This document shows positions 8,047-17,865 of a stretch of DNA of 64,000 bases, piece after piece. The position numbers and the translations under genes are program-made. The first letter of the stretch is position 1, and the number at the start of each line of letters is the position of its first letter. The notes below the pieces were generated by a model. It was not told where the DNA came from and did no database searches. It was given only the letters and a program-made list of their open reading frames with translations. This DNA is from Nitrospirota bacterium (lineage in GTDB: Bacteria; Nitrospirota; UBA9217), in assembly GCA_963845065.1 (NCBI GenBank), contig CAWJQQ010000001.1:704001-768000 (forward strand), given 5' to 3'.

Positions 8047-9756
8047 ATGAAATTTTATCAGAAAATATTTGCTATGTTTTTTTTCGCATCAATTTTTCTC
8101 GCTGCCTGCGGAGGAAGTGGTGTGAGTACCAACGTCACGAACGTATCATTACAATCCATAGAAATCACACCTACGAACCCAACCATCGCGAAGGGTACTA
8201 CACAGCGGTATAATGCTACCGGCGTTTCTTCGGACCTCAGCACAAATGAAATAACAACACTGATCAATTGGAGTTCCTCGAATACCGCCGTCGCAACGAT
8301 CAATAGTTCTGGCGTGGCTAATGCCATAACCGTTGGTACTACCACGATCACTGCCACTGACGGGATAACAACCACATCCACTACCTTGACGGTAACTTCA
8401 GCAATGCTTCAATCTATATCGGTAACCCCAACTAATCCAACAATCGCTAATGGAACGACACAACAATTTACGGCTACTGGAACTTTCTCTGACAATTCTA
8501 CGCAAGACATAACGACCACCGTTACATGGAGTTCCTCAGCTGCAGTGGTAGCGACCATAAGTATGGCTCAAGGTTTCATTGGCAAAGCTACATCGGCATC
8601 CGCCGGTACGACGACGATCACGGCCGCAGATTCGGCCACAAATATTTCCGGTTCAACTACATTGACTGTCACGGCAGCTACGCTTGTATTCATTTCGGTC
8701 ACTCCAACGAACCAGAGTAGCGCCATGGGGGCATCTCAACAGTTCACCGCAATGGGAACCTATTCAGACAACTCGACCCAAAACATCACTACGTATGTGA
8801 CCTGGAGTTCTGCGTCCCTTTCGGCAGCAGCCATAAGCAATGCTGCCGGCTCAAATGGATTTGCGACACCGGTGGCAGTCGGGTCAACGACCATCACGGC
8901 GACATTGGGAGGCATTTCCGGAAGCACGACTCTTACGGTAACGCAGGCAACGCTCGTCTCCCTGGCAATAATGCCGTCCAGCCCGAGCATAGCGTTAGGG
9001 ACCACCCGGCAATTCACTGTTACAGGGACGTACTCCGACGGTTCGACGCAAAACCTGACAACGGCAGTGACCTGGGGTTCATCGGCATCGTCTATCGCAG
9101 CCATAAGCAATGCTGCCGGCTCAAATGGATTGGCGACACCGGTGGCAGTCGGGTCGGCGACGCTCACGGCGACATTAGGGAACAAATCAGGATCAACTCT
9201 ATTGACGGTAACTCCGGCGACATTGCTTTCAATCGCCGTAACGCCTCTTATTGCTTCTCTTGCTACTGGGTCGACGCAGCAGTTTACGGCAACCGGCACG
9301 TTCTCAGACAACACAACGCAGAACCTGACTGCGTCAGTTACCTGGAGTTCCTCTACCGCAGGTGTAGCAACGGTCAGCAATGCAGTTGGCTCAAGAGGAC
9401 TTGCCACTGCTGTTGCCGCAGGATCAACCCTAATCTCGTCTATCTGGAGTGGCGCTTCGGGAACTGCTTCACTGACAGTTACGGCACCCACTGTCGTAAC
9501 GCTTACCTGGGACGCCCCAACGTCTTATTCGGATGGGACTCCGTTGAATCCAGCTACAGATATATCAACGTATAAAATATATTATGGAACCGCATCAGGT
9601 GTTTATACGCGGGTCGTAAGTGTCTCAAATCCTACAACCACCACCATTACAAGCATATTGACCCTAACGCATGGGACCTATTATTTTGTCGTCTCGGATG
9701 TGGATACAGCAGGCCAAGAAAGTAATTATTCCAACGAATTCACAACAACAATTTAA
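8047..9756 (+). CDS. Surface lipoprotein with five Big_2 Ig repeats and a C-terminal FN3-like domain (copy B)
   Basis: MKFYQKIF...LAAC lipobox, five Big_2 repeats, and the same FN3-like C-terminus as copy A. GAGGT RBS precedes ATG 8047. Confidence 0.9.
   Translation: MKFYQKIFAMFFFASIFLAACGGSGVSTNVTNVSLQSIEITPTNPTIAKGTTQRYNATGVSSDLSTNEITTLINWSSSNTAVATINSSGVANAITVGTTTITATDGITTTSTTLTVTSAMLQSISVTPTNPTIANGTTQQFTATGTFSDNSTQDITTTVTWSSSAAVVATISMAQGFIGKATSASAGTTTITAADSATNISGSTTLTVTAATLVFISVTPTNQSSAMGASQQFTAMGTYSDNSTQNITTYVTWSSASLSAAAISNAAGSNGFATPVAVGSTTITATLGGISGSTTLTVTQATLVSLAIMPSSPSIALGTTRQFTVTGTYSDGSTQNLTTAVTWGSSASSIAAISNAAGSNGLATPVAVGSATLTATLGNKSGSTLLTVTPATLLSIAVTPLIASLATGSTQQFTATGTFSDNTTQNLTASVTWSSSTAGVATVSNAVGSRGLATAVAAGSTLISSIWSGASGTASLTVTAPTVVTLTWDAPTSYSDGTPLNPATDISTYKIYYGTASGVYTRVVSVSNPTTTTITSILTLTHGTYYFVVSDVDTAGQESNYSNEFTTTI
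8827..9594. repeat. 768-bp inverted repeat, right copy (partner 1921-2688)
   Basis: Runs from gcagccataagcaatgc to tattatggaaccgca and is the reverse complement of 1921-2688. Confidence 0.92.
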
Positions 9757-9812
9757 CTGGAAAGCTCACAAAGGTGTGAATGACCGTCCAAATAGGCTCG
9801 CCTCGACCTTTC

Positions 9813-9850
9813 TAAGCTATAACTTTTAAAAGTTATAGCTTATTTTTTTC
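9813..9850 (+). terminator. Perfect 30-bp AT-rich palindrome plus T tract, probable terminator of copy B
   Basis: TAAGCTATAACTTTT/AAAAGTTATAGCTTA (9813-9842) followed by TTTTTTT, 57 nt after the stop codon. Confidence 0.55.
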
Positions 9851-10061
9851 TATGCATGTACCTTATAGCTTCCGTTGTTAAAGTTGAGCAAAACTGATTA
9901 TAGATCATTGATTTAAACAACGGTTCCCGATAAACTGGAAAACATAGATAAACGACTATTGAAAGAATTTTTCAAGGGATCTATGTTGCCATTTCTTACT
10001 TATTGCGATGGTAGAGCGCATGTGATTAGGAAGGTATTTTGATTGTTGCCGGATCTGTACT

Positions 10062-12464
10062 ATGCTTGACGAACTGAAACTCATACCGATCGCACTTCGT
10101 GATTTTGCCTTGCCGGTTCCACGGACAGGGAGCATCGAGGTGCATTCGGGATATGGACGTGCAGCTGCAGAGGGGAGGGAAATCCACAGCCGCGCACAGA
10201 AGAAAAGAACAAAGTCCGATCCTGAATATGAGGCCGAAGTCACGCTTAGTCGCTCATTCGATCGGGATCGATATCGATTTCGTATTGACGGCCGGATGGA
10301 CGGGATTTACAGGCATAATCCACCGAAGATAGAAGAGATTAAAACCAGCTTTAACATCCAAGAACTTGCACATCGACTCGCGAGTGATCAAATGGCTCAC
10401 CCATACTGTCTGCAGCTCCTGACCTATGGTTATTTCTACTGGCTTGAGCACCGGGTTATTCCCATATTGAGCTATCATCTCGTCTCAACACGCACCAGGG
10501 AGTCATTCGATCTCGAACTCGCATTCGACATTCCTGCGTACGAGAATTGGCTCGGAATTCGGCTTGACGAGCTTGTACTTGATGCTAAAAGGGCGGAGAT
10601 GCGCTCCAGACACCGCAGGAAGATTGCCACCGCATTCCCATTCCCCTTCAAAGGGCCGCGTCCCGGCCAGATCGAGCTTATTCACACCATCGAGGCGGGA
10701 GTACGAGATGGGAATCCTATGCTCGTTCAGGCCCCTACTGGCCTCGGGAAGACGGTAGGCGTACTTTATCCAGTTCTGAAGGAAGCTTTGAGCCGGGGCC
10801 AAAAGGTGGTCTATATCACTCCGAAGAACAGTCAACACGCGATTGCCGAAGACGCTATTACACGGTTTCAGGATGCCGGCGCTAAACTGAAATCCCTTAC
10901 GATCACGGCAAAAGGGAAGATTTGCTTCAAGAACGAGCCGCTTTGTAATCCAGATTACTGTGAATATGCCCGCGATTATTACACAAAAGTATATAGGCAT
11001 GGGATCCTCGATATGCTCGCAAATAAGAGAAAGTTAAAGGCCCCGTTGTTCCGAAAATTCGGTGAAGCATACGAGGTCTGCCCCTTTGAACTGCAGTTCG
11101 ACGGAGCACAGGAAGCCGATATCGTTATTTGCGATTATAATTATGTGTTTGCACCACGCTCTTCCTTCGGCCGAATGACAGAGATCGGCATCGACCAGAA
11201 GGGGAAACCTAATCTCGTGATAGATGAGGCCCATAATTTGCCCACTCGTGCCATGAACTACTACTCTCCTGCTCTTTCAAGCATAACACTAGAACAGATG
11301 CGCAGCGGGATGCGCGCTCTGCCGCCTCGCTTCCGAGCTGAAGCAGAAGAGTTACTAGACAGCTGCATACAAGTGATTGTCTCTTGCATACCTGGCAATA
11401 TTGCAAAACATATGAAGATCGATCCGGCGATTGAACAGTTTCTTGAGCAGGACGCCAGGCTCCGTGCCTTCCTCTCAAGGTATCTCGATTCCGACGTATC
11501 CATCCAGCCAAGGGACGTTGTCATGAGGCTATGCTTTTACTGGTCAGAATTTACAGAAGCGCTCGAGTATGTCGGCGATCCCGATCATCAGGAGTTCTTC
11601 ACGACCTTTCATCCCCATGAGACTGGCGGCATCGTAAAGATTATCTGCTGCGATGCTTCGGCCATGCTTACGGATTGCTATGATGCATACGAGCAGGTCG
11701 TAGGGTTTTCTGCGACATTAAAGCCCTTTACCTATTACGCGAAACTTTCCGGGCTTGATCCGGCGACTGTGAAAAAGTCGGAATTTCCAAGCCCCTTTCC
11801 GAAGGAAAACCGCAAACTCCTGATTATTCCCCAGATCTCGACCAGGTACTCGGACCGCGAGCACAACTATCCCCGGATCAGCGACGCGATCCGGAGGATT
11901 GCCGCACTGCGCAAGGGGAATTATTTCGCCTTTTTCCCGAGCTTTGAATTTCTGGGGAGAGTCTTCGACCTGTTCGAGCCCCCCGAAGGCTTTACAGTTC
12001 TCCGTCAGGAGCGGGACATGAATGCGATCCGTGTTGAGGCAATCAAAAAACATCTCAAAGAAGGAATTGCCCCGACGATCGTGTTAGCTGTGCAGGGCGG
12101 CATGTTGTCCGAGGGCGTGGACTATCCGGGCGATACGGTGATTGGTGCGTTCGTCGTAGGACCGCCGTTGCCGAATTTCGATCTCGAACGCGAGCAGATG
12201 AGGGAGTATTACGAGTGGAAATACGGCTCAGGTTTCGACTATGCTTATTCTATCCCCGCCATGGCCAAGGCGATCCAGTCCGCCGGGAGAGTGATACGTT
12301 CTGAGACAGATCGGGGGCTTATAGTACTGATGGACAATCGTTTCGTGCAACCTGGCTATTCCCGGTCGATGCCAGCGGATTGGTTTGAATCTACTGCGAT
12401 TGAGCTGGTATCCGAAAGCATCATAAAAGATGTATCTGAATTTTGGAGACAAGGTTGCTCTTGA
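10062..12464 (+). CDS. DinG/Rad3(XPD)-family Fe-S DNA helicase with an N-terminal PD-(D/E)XK nuclease-like domain
   Basis: Q motif RPGQ, Walker A APTGLGKT, Fe-S cysteines (ICF..C...C...CPF), DEAH, SATL, EGVD and QSAGRVIR. N-terminal GREIH...GRMDG...IEEIKT nuclease motif. Confidence 0.88.
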   Translation: MLDELKLIPIALRDFALPVPRTGSIEVHSGYGRAAAEGREIHSRAQKKRTKSDPEYEAEVTLSRSFDRDRYRFRIDGRMDGIYRHNPPKIEEIKTSFNIQELAHRLASDQMAHPYCLQLLTYGYFYWLEHRVIPILSYHLVSTRTRESFDLELAFDIPAYENWLGIRLDELVLDAKRAEMRSRHRRKIATAFPFPFKGPRPGQIELIHTIEAGVRDGNPMLVQAPTGLGKTVGVLYPVLKEALSRGQKVVYITPKNSQHAIAEDAITRFQDAGAKLKSLTITAKGKICFKNEPLCNPDYCEYARDYYTKVYRHGILDMLANKRKLKAPLFRKFGEAYEVCPFELQFDGAQEADIVICDYNYVFAPRSSFGRMTEIGIDQKGKPNLVIDEAHNLPTRAMNYYSPALSSITLEQMRSGMRALPPRFRAEAEELLDSCIQVIVSCIPGNIAKHMKIDPAIEQFLEQDARLRAFLSRYLDSDVSIQPRDVVMRLCFYWSEFTEALEYVGDPDHQEFFTTFHPHETGGIVKIICCDASAMLTDCYDAYEQVVGFSATLKPFTYYAKLSGLDPATVKKSEFPSPFPKENRKLLIIPQISTRYSDREHNYPRISDAIRRIAALRKGNYFAFFPSFEFLGRVFDLFEPPEGFTVLRQERDMNAIRVEAIKKHLKEGIAPTIVLAVQGGMLSEGVDYPGDTVIGAFVVGPPLPNFDLEREQMREYYEWKYGSGFDYAYSIPAMAKAIQSAGRVIRSETDRGLIVLMDNRFVQPGYSRSMPADWFESTAIELVSESIIKDVSEFWRQGCS

Positions 12465-12578
12465 TGAATACCGGTAACTCGCTAACCGTCATGGGTTGGA
12501 CATTCAGAGTGAATAGTCCGGCGGATTGCTGAGCCGCTTCTTTCCTCTTTACTTCCTATTTCTTTTTATCGTGCCTGG

Positions 12579-12956
12579 CCAAGAAGACCCCCACCAGATT
12601 ACGTTTTGGTCGGGGATGAATTGGTGCTTTTGTTATTTATCGGCAACTGAACACTTGACAACCAGTAACAATTTGCTAAAATAAGAATCAGTCCTTTGAC
12701 AATCAGTGTGGAGTTGGCAGCAATATTTTGGTGGTATCATAAAACTGATTACTATGACGCAACATGACTTACCTGTGATTTGACATGGGTTCTAAGATGG
12801 GATCTTAAAACGATACGTACAACATGTGAATCACCGCCGAGTTTGCGAGAGGAAACTCTCGTAAGTGACACTGCATCTTCTAAACGGTTGGCCATCCCTG
12901 ATAAGGGACCAGCTTCTTGGAAGCCCCAACCAATATTTGGTTGCGGGGGAATTCAC
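12579..12956 (+). mobile_element. Non-autonomous IS200/IS605-type remnant (both end hairpins, no intact ORF)
   Basis: Left end aagacccccaccaga...tggtcggggatgaattgg and right end gaagccccaaccaatatttggttgcgggggaattcac. A faint tnpA N-terminus-like stretch (YHKT..DLTWV) lies inside. Confidence 0.55.
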
Positions 12957-13005
12957 CGTATAAACCTCCTGTATTCAATAACCGCGATTTTTTGAGGTAT
13001 AACAC

Positions 13006-13782
13006 ATGATCCTCGTAACGAATGACGATGGCGTTTACTCGCCGGGCATACAGCTTCTTGCAAAGCGCTTACGTGAGATCGATACCGTCGTGATCGTGGC
13101 CCCGGACCGGGAGCGGAGTGCGGCAGGCCATTCCATGACGCTTCATCGCCCTCTTTTGATAGAGGAAATAAAGGAAGGAATGTACAGCGTCAACGGTACA
13201 CCGACGGACTGCGTAAATATCGCTGTCAAGGGACTATTGAAAGAGACGCCGAAGCTTGTGGTCTCGGGCATCAATAAGGGTCCGAACCTGGGGGATGATG
13301 TGACCTATTCAGGGACTGTTGCCGGGGCGATCGAGGGTATCATTCTAGGGATTCCTGCCTTCGCTATTTCTCTTGTTGCGCGAGAAGACTTTCGTTTTGC
13401 TGAAGCCGCGGAGGTGGCATTCCACGCTACAAATCGCATAGTGCAGGACGGACTCCCCTCTGGAACGCTTCTCAACATCAATGTCCCGAACCTTCCTGTC
13501 GACGAAATACAGGGAACGCTTATCACAAGGCTCGGCAAGCGGATCTATCATCAGATGACGGTGGAGCGGGTTGATCCGCGCGGGAAGAAGTACTACTGGA
13601 TCGGAGGGGGAGAACCTGATTGGGAGCGGGAAGAGGGGACGGACCTCGATGCTGTGGACAGGAAGTTCGTTTCGATCACGCCTCTCCATCTCGATATGAC
13701 GGATTATGCATCTTTTAGCCTGCTGAAGTCCATGGAGGCAATGTCCTACAGTGAGATTGCTAGGCATGGGAGCGCAGAGTGA
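13006..13782 (+). CDS. surE: 5'/3'-nucleotidase SurE
   Basis: [23 protein letters not shown] and YSGTVAGA motifs. Confidence 0.97.
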   Translation: MILVTNDDGVYSPGIQLLAKRLREIDTVVIVAPDRERSAAGHSMTLHRPLLIEEIKEGMYSVNGTPTDCVNIAVKGLLKETPKLVVSGINKGPNLGDDVTYSGTVAGAIEGIILGIPAFAISLVAREDFRFAEAAEVAFHATNRIVQDGLPSGTLLNINVPNLPVDEIQGTLITRLGKRIYHQMTVERVDPRGKKYYWIGGGEPDWEREEGTDLDAVDRKFVSITPLHLDMTDYASFSLLKSMEAMSYSEIARHGSAE

Positions 13783-14423
13783 TCAACTTCGAAAAAGAAC
13801 GCATCCGTATGGTGGATGAACAGATCGTTGGCCGCGGCATCAAAGATGAGCGCGTTCTCACTGCCATGCGCAAAGTGCCGAGGCATGAGTTCCTGCCTGA
13901 GGCTATTCAGGGCATGGCGTACCAGGACAGCGCGTTGCCTCTCGGCGAAGGACAGACCATATCACAACCCTATATGGTTGCTGTGATGTCAGAGCTCCTA
14001 GGACTATCGGGTACGGAACGCGTGCTTGAGATCGGCACAGGCTCGGGATACCAGGCCGCTATTCTCGCAGAATTATGCGGGAAGGTCTATACTCTGGAAC
14101 GAATTAAAGTACTTGCAGACCGCGCGCGGGCGACCCTTGACCGTCTTGGGTACAGAAATGTTGCGATCAAGGTCTATGACGGGACTTACGGATGGAAGGA
14201 CATGGCGCCTTTTGACGCTATTATCGTTACGGCTGGCTCGCCAGACATTCCTGCACCGCTCCTTGAACAATTGAAAGAGGGAGGGAGGATGGTGATCCCT
14301 GTGGGAGAGCGGTATGAACAGAGGCTCATGAAAGTCGTCAAGACTCCCGAAGGGGCTGTTACGGACCAGAGCATCCCCTGCGTGTTTGTTCCGCTTATAG
14401 GCAACCACGCATGGAAAGAATAG
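13779..14423 (+). CDS. pcm: Protein-L-isoaspartate O-methyltransferase
   Basis: [22 protein letters not shown] and FVPLIG motifs; the usual surE-pcm pairing. Confidence 0.97.
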   Translation: MINFEKERIRMVDEQIVGRGIKDERVLTAMRKVPRHEFLPEAIQGMAYQDSALPLGEGQTISQPYMVAVMSELLGLSGTERVLEIGTGSGYQAAILAELCGKVYTLERIKVLADRARATLDRLGYRNVAIKVYDGTYGWKDMAPFDAIIVTAGSPDIPAPLLEQLKEGGRMVIPVGERYEQRLMKVVKTPEGAVTDQSIPCVFVPLIGNHAWKE

Positions 14424-14701
14424 CCCCCAACCTTCCCCGTTTTACCATCATGGTATCCTCATTATGAACTCTCCCGCCGCTCACTGGAGAGGAGATTTTT
14501 TAACCATTCGCTGGCAGGATTTCATCATTTATAGGAAGATCGCCCTTTACTTCGCAGGATTGATGCTCCCGATCAAAAAACAACCGGTAGCAATTAATAT
14601 GATCCTGATCATATAAAAATCTTTTAATCGGGAGTAAAAAAGGGTATAATAAAAAGTGTACGCAAGCTGCGTGACACCATAGCCAACGAAGGAGATCAAT
14701 A

Positions 14702-14926
14702 ATGAAAGAAAAAGTAGAAGAAGCGCTCAAAAAAGTTCGGCCCTCGCTTCAGCGAGACGGTGGAGACATCGAACTCATCAGCGTGGATGCAGACGGAGTT
14801 GTCAAAGTGCGGCTCAAAGGCGCCTGCGGTTCCTGTCCCATGTCAACCATGACACTCAAGATGGGCGTCGAGAAATTCTTGAAAGAGCAGATTCCCGATG
14901 TGAAGGAAGTAGTCCAGGTAGCGTAA
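14702..14926 (+). CDS. NifU/NfuA C-terminal-like Fe-S cluster carrier
   Basis: [14 protein letters not shown]...[16 protein letters not shown]. Confidence 0.92.
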   Translation: MKEKVEEALKKVRPSLQRDGGDIELISVDADGVVKVRLKGACGSCPMSTMTLKMGVEKFLKEQIPDVKEVVQVA

Positions 14927-15302
14927 CTATATTTCCTGTTTTTTTTAGACAGGATTTCAGGTTAAGAGTGCCACATTCTGTCCTGGGGTCCTGTCATAAC
15001 GTTTGCAGGCTATTCATTGGGACTAAGATTGAAGCCAACAGCATCAGCCGACCAGTTAGAGGGTTAGAAGCTTTGCTCACAATCGTGGATGAATAGTACT
15101 TTCTTCGTCATGAGTGATCGGGATTTTCAACCTCATTTTGTTTTTCTATAATTTCCCCTCTTATGCTACCTAATTTACTTAAGTAGTATCCAACTCCAAA
15201 ACCAGTCAACGATGAGAAAATTGGAAACACACTTTGCTACATCGACGGTTCTATTTGGAACAAAATTTGAAGGATTTTCAACAGGTCTCAGGAAAAATTC
15301 GC

Positions 15303-15331
15303 TTGACACATCGGCGCCATTCTGATATAAA
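15303..15331 (+). promoter_or_regulatory. Sigma70-type promoter upstream of the rnf operon
   Basis: TTGACA-17 nt-TATAAA with an extended -10 TG. Confidence 0.65.
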
Positions 15332-15399
15332 CGGTGCGGCTTTTTAAATTCTGAAGTCGTAAACTCCAACGTTCCTTTATAATATGGCAGGTGAGACTG

Positions 15400-16734
15400 A
15401 TGGAAGCCACAACTGTAAAAGTCCATGATACATTTAGTGGAGGCGTGCATCCTGCGGATAACAAGCAGCTCACAGCACACAAACCGACCGTTACCGCAGC
15501 AATTCCCAAGAGAGCAGTTATCCCCCTCAGTCAACATATAGGCGCACCCACGAAACAACTCGTCGTCATCGGGCAGGAAGTAAAAAAAGGAGAAAAGATC
15601 GGTGAAACCACCGGCTTTGTCTCTGCGCCCGTTCATGCTTCTATCTCGGGCAAGGTCGTTGCCATCGGCAACTTTCCACATGTGCTCGGCGCTGACATGC
15701 CCGGAGTCGTCATCGAGAACGACGGAAAAGATGAGTGGGTCGGCGGACTGAAGGAAAACCCCGATTATCTGCTGCTGAGTCCCGATGAGCTAAAGAAACT
15801 TGTTCAAGATGCCGGCATTGTGGGTATGGGCGGGGCAACGTTTCCCACGCATGTCAAGCTTTCCCCTCCCAAAGAGAAACCGATTGACATCGTCATCCTG
15901 AACGGCGCTGAGTGCGAACCCTATCTAACGTCGGACCACAGGCTTATGCTCGAAAAATCTGAAGAAATCGTAGAAGGCCTCAAGATCCTCATGCGAATTC
16001 TGAACGTTAGTAAGGGATATATCGGCATAGAATCTAACAAACCCGATGCCATCGAGTCCATGACCAAAGCCGCGGGCGATTATCCCGAGGTCAAAGTCTG
16101 GCCGGTCAAAGTCAAGTACCCGCAGGGCGCGGAAAAAATGCTCATCAAGGCAATCGCCGGTAGGACAGTGCCGGCGGGCGGATTGCCCATGGATATCGGC
16201 GTCGTGGTCCAGAACGTCGGCACCGCTGAAGCCATCTACAGCGCCGTGCGCTTCGGTAAACCGCTGATTGAGCGTTACGTGACTGTGACGGGCCGAGGGG
16301 TGAAAGAACCGAAAAATTTTCTCGTCCGGATTGGCACCCCGTTTTCCCAACTCATCGAAGAGGCAGGTGGCCTTACCGACACGGCAGCCAAAGTTATCTC
16401 AGGAGGACCCATGATGGGCATGAGCCAGTATACGCTCGACGTGCCGGTGATCAAAGGCACGTCCGGCATCACGGTACTTTCTCGAGACGAAGTATACTCG
16501 AAACCCTACGGCCCGTGTATCCGCTGCGGCAGATGCATCGACGCTTGTCCAATGAAACTCCAACCTTCCTACATCGGGCTCTACATCGAGAAGGGACACT
16601 ACGAAGATGCAAAGAGCTATAACCTGATGGATTGCTTTGAGTGCGGTTCCTGCACCTTCGTCTGCCCTGCAAACCGGCCTATGGTCCAGTGGGTGAAAAA
16701 AGCCAAAAAGGAACTGGCAAAAAAGAAAAGTTAA
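15400..16734 (+). CDS. rnfC: Rnf electron transport complex subunit C
   Basis: FSGGVHP, GMGGATFPTHVK, NGAECEPYLT, YPQGAEK, and two CxxCxxCxxxCP motifs. Confidence 0.96.
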   Translation: MEATTVKVHDTFSGGVHPADNKQLTAHKPTVTAAIPKRAVIPLSQHIGAPTKQLVVIGQEVKKGEKIGETTGFVSAPVHASISGKVVAIGNFPHVLGADMPGVVIENDGKDEWVGGLKENPDYLLLSPDELKKLVQDAGIVGMGGATFPTHVKLSPPKEKPIDIVILNGAECEPYLTSDHRLMLEKSEEIVEGLKILMRILNVSKGYIGIESNKPDAIESMTKAAGDYPEVKVWPVKVKYPQGAEKMLIKAIAGRTVPAGGLPMDIGVVVQNVGTAEAIYSAVRFGKPLIERYVTVTGRGVKEPKNFLVRIGTPFSQLIEEAGGLTDTAAKVISGGPMMGMSQYTLDVPVIKGTSGITVLSRDEVYSKPYGPCIRCGRCIDACPMKLQPSYIGLYIEKGHYEDAKSYNLMDCFECGSCTFVCPANRPMVQWVKKAKKELAKKKS

Positions 16735-16833
16735 TGTGCAGAGGGTAGAAAATAGAACGCATTGAGCAGAAGCTGCTTATTTATACTTTGCTCCATGTCT
16801 TACGCACTGTGTTATAGAGGAGAGGGTAATCTG

Positions 16834-17865
16834 ATGGAAGCACCTGCAAAGGAACTACCGAAAGAACTGCCTAAACTGATCGTATCGATTGGTCCCCACA
16901 TGCACGATATGGAGAGCACGGCGAAGATCATGTGGACCGTGAGCGGTGCGCTGATTCCGGCTACGCTCATGGCGGTCTACTACTTCGGCATGCCGGCAGT
17001 CACGGTGATTCTCGCCTGTCTTGTGACGTCTCTCCTGACAGAGGCCGGGATGCAACGGCTGCTCAAAAAGCCGATTACGCTCTCAGATGGTAGCGCGTTC
17101 CTGACAGGCCTGCTCCTTGCAATGAATCTGCCGGCCAACGTGCCGCTCTATATTCCTATTGTGGGCTCCATCGTGGCGATCGTTATTGCCAAGCAACTCT
17201 TCGGCGGTCTCGGCTACAATATATTCAATCCAGCGCTCGTCGGACGCGCCTTTGTTCTAATCAGCTTCGCGAAAATCATGACCACCTTTGTCGCACCAGC
17301 TACGACATTCATGGCCCTCGATGCCAAAACTACCGCTACGCCCCTCGTTATCCTTAAAGAGGAAGGGATGGGCAAGCTCCTCGAAATTTACCATACTAAG
17401 GCAGCCCTGTACCTGGACCTGTTCGTCGGGAACCGAGCCGGTTCGCTCGGAGAGACATCGGTCATTGCCCTTTTGCTCGGTGCTGCGTTTCTGATGATGA
17501 AGCGGTACATTACGTGGCATGTGCCCATTCCTTTTATCGCCACGGTAGGAATTCTCACCTGGGTTTTCGGCGGTAAAGATGGTCTCATGACTGGCGATCC
17601 GATTCTTCACATGATGTCCGGTGGTCTCATCCTCGGGGCGTTCTTTATGGCTACGGACTATGTGACGGGACCCTCGGTCCGGAGTGCCCAAGTAGTCTTC
17701 GGCATCTGCGCCGGAATTCTTACGACGCTTATACGACTGAAAGGCGGTTATCCCGAGGGCGTGATGTTCGCCATCCTTCTCATGAACTGCTTCGCGCCTC
17801 TTCTTGACCGGGGTATGAGGAGTCCCGTTTTCGGAAAAGCCGAGGCCAAGGCGGTGAAGAAATGA
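16834..17865 (+). CDS. rnfD: Rnf subunit D
   Basis: KQLFGGLGYNIFNPALVGR, TTATPL (FMN threonine), GSLGETS, FFMATDYVT and GGYPEGV. Confidence 0.96.
   Translation: MEAPAKELPKELPKLIVSIGPHMHDMESTAKIMWTVSGALIPATLMAVYYFGMPAVTVILACLVTSLLTEAGMQRLLKKPITLSDGSAFLTGLLLAMNLPANVPLYIPIVGSIVAIVIAKQLFGGLGYNIFNPALVGRAFVLISFAKIMTTFVAPATTFMALDAKTTATPLVILKEEGMGKLLEIYHTKAALYLDLFVGNRAGSLGETSVIALLLGAAFLMMKRYITWHVPIPFIATVGILTWVFGGKDGLMTGDPILHMMSGGLILGAFFMATDYVTGPSVRSAQVVFGICAGILTTLIRLKGGYPEGVMFAILLMNCFAPLLDRGMRSPVFGKAEAKAVKK

Noticed and set aside
1759..9756. Diversity-generating retroelement or classical shufflon as the explanation for the variable tips
   Set aside because: There is no reverse transcriptase or tyrosine/serine recombinase, no short sfx-like sites, and the tip differences are not limited to adenines.
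12957..12975. Flank of the 12579 element as a guide against 1577-1587 (shared aaacctcctgt)
   Set aside because: The match is only 11 nt, anti-Shine-Dalgarno-like, and plausible by chance.
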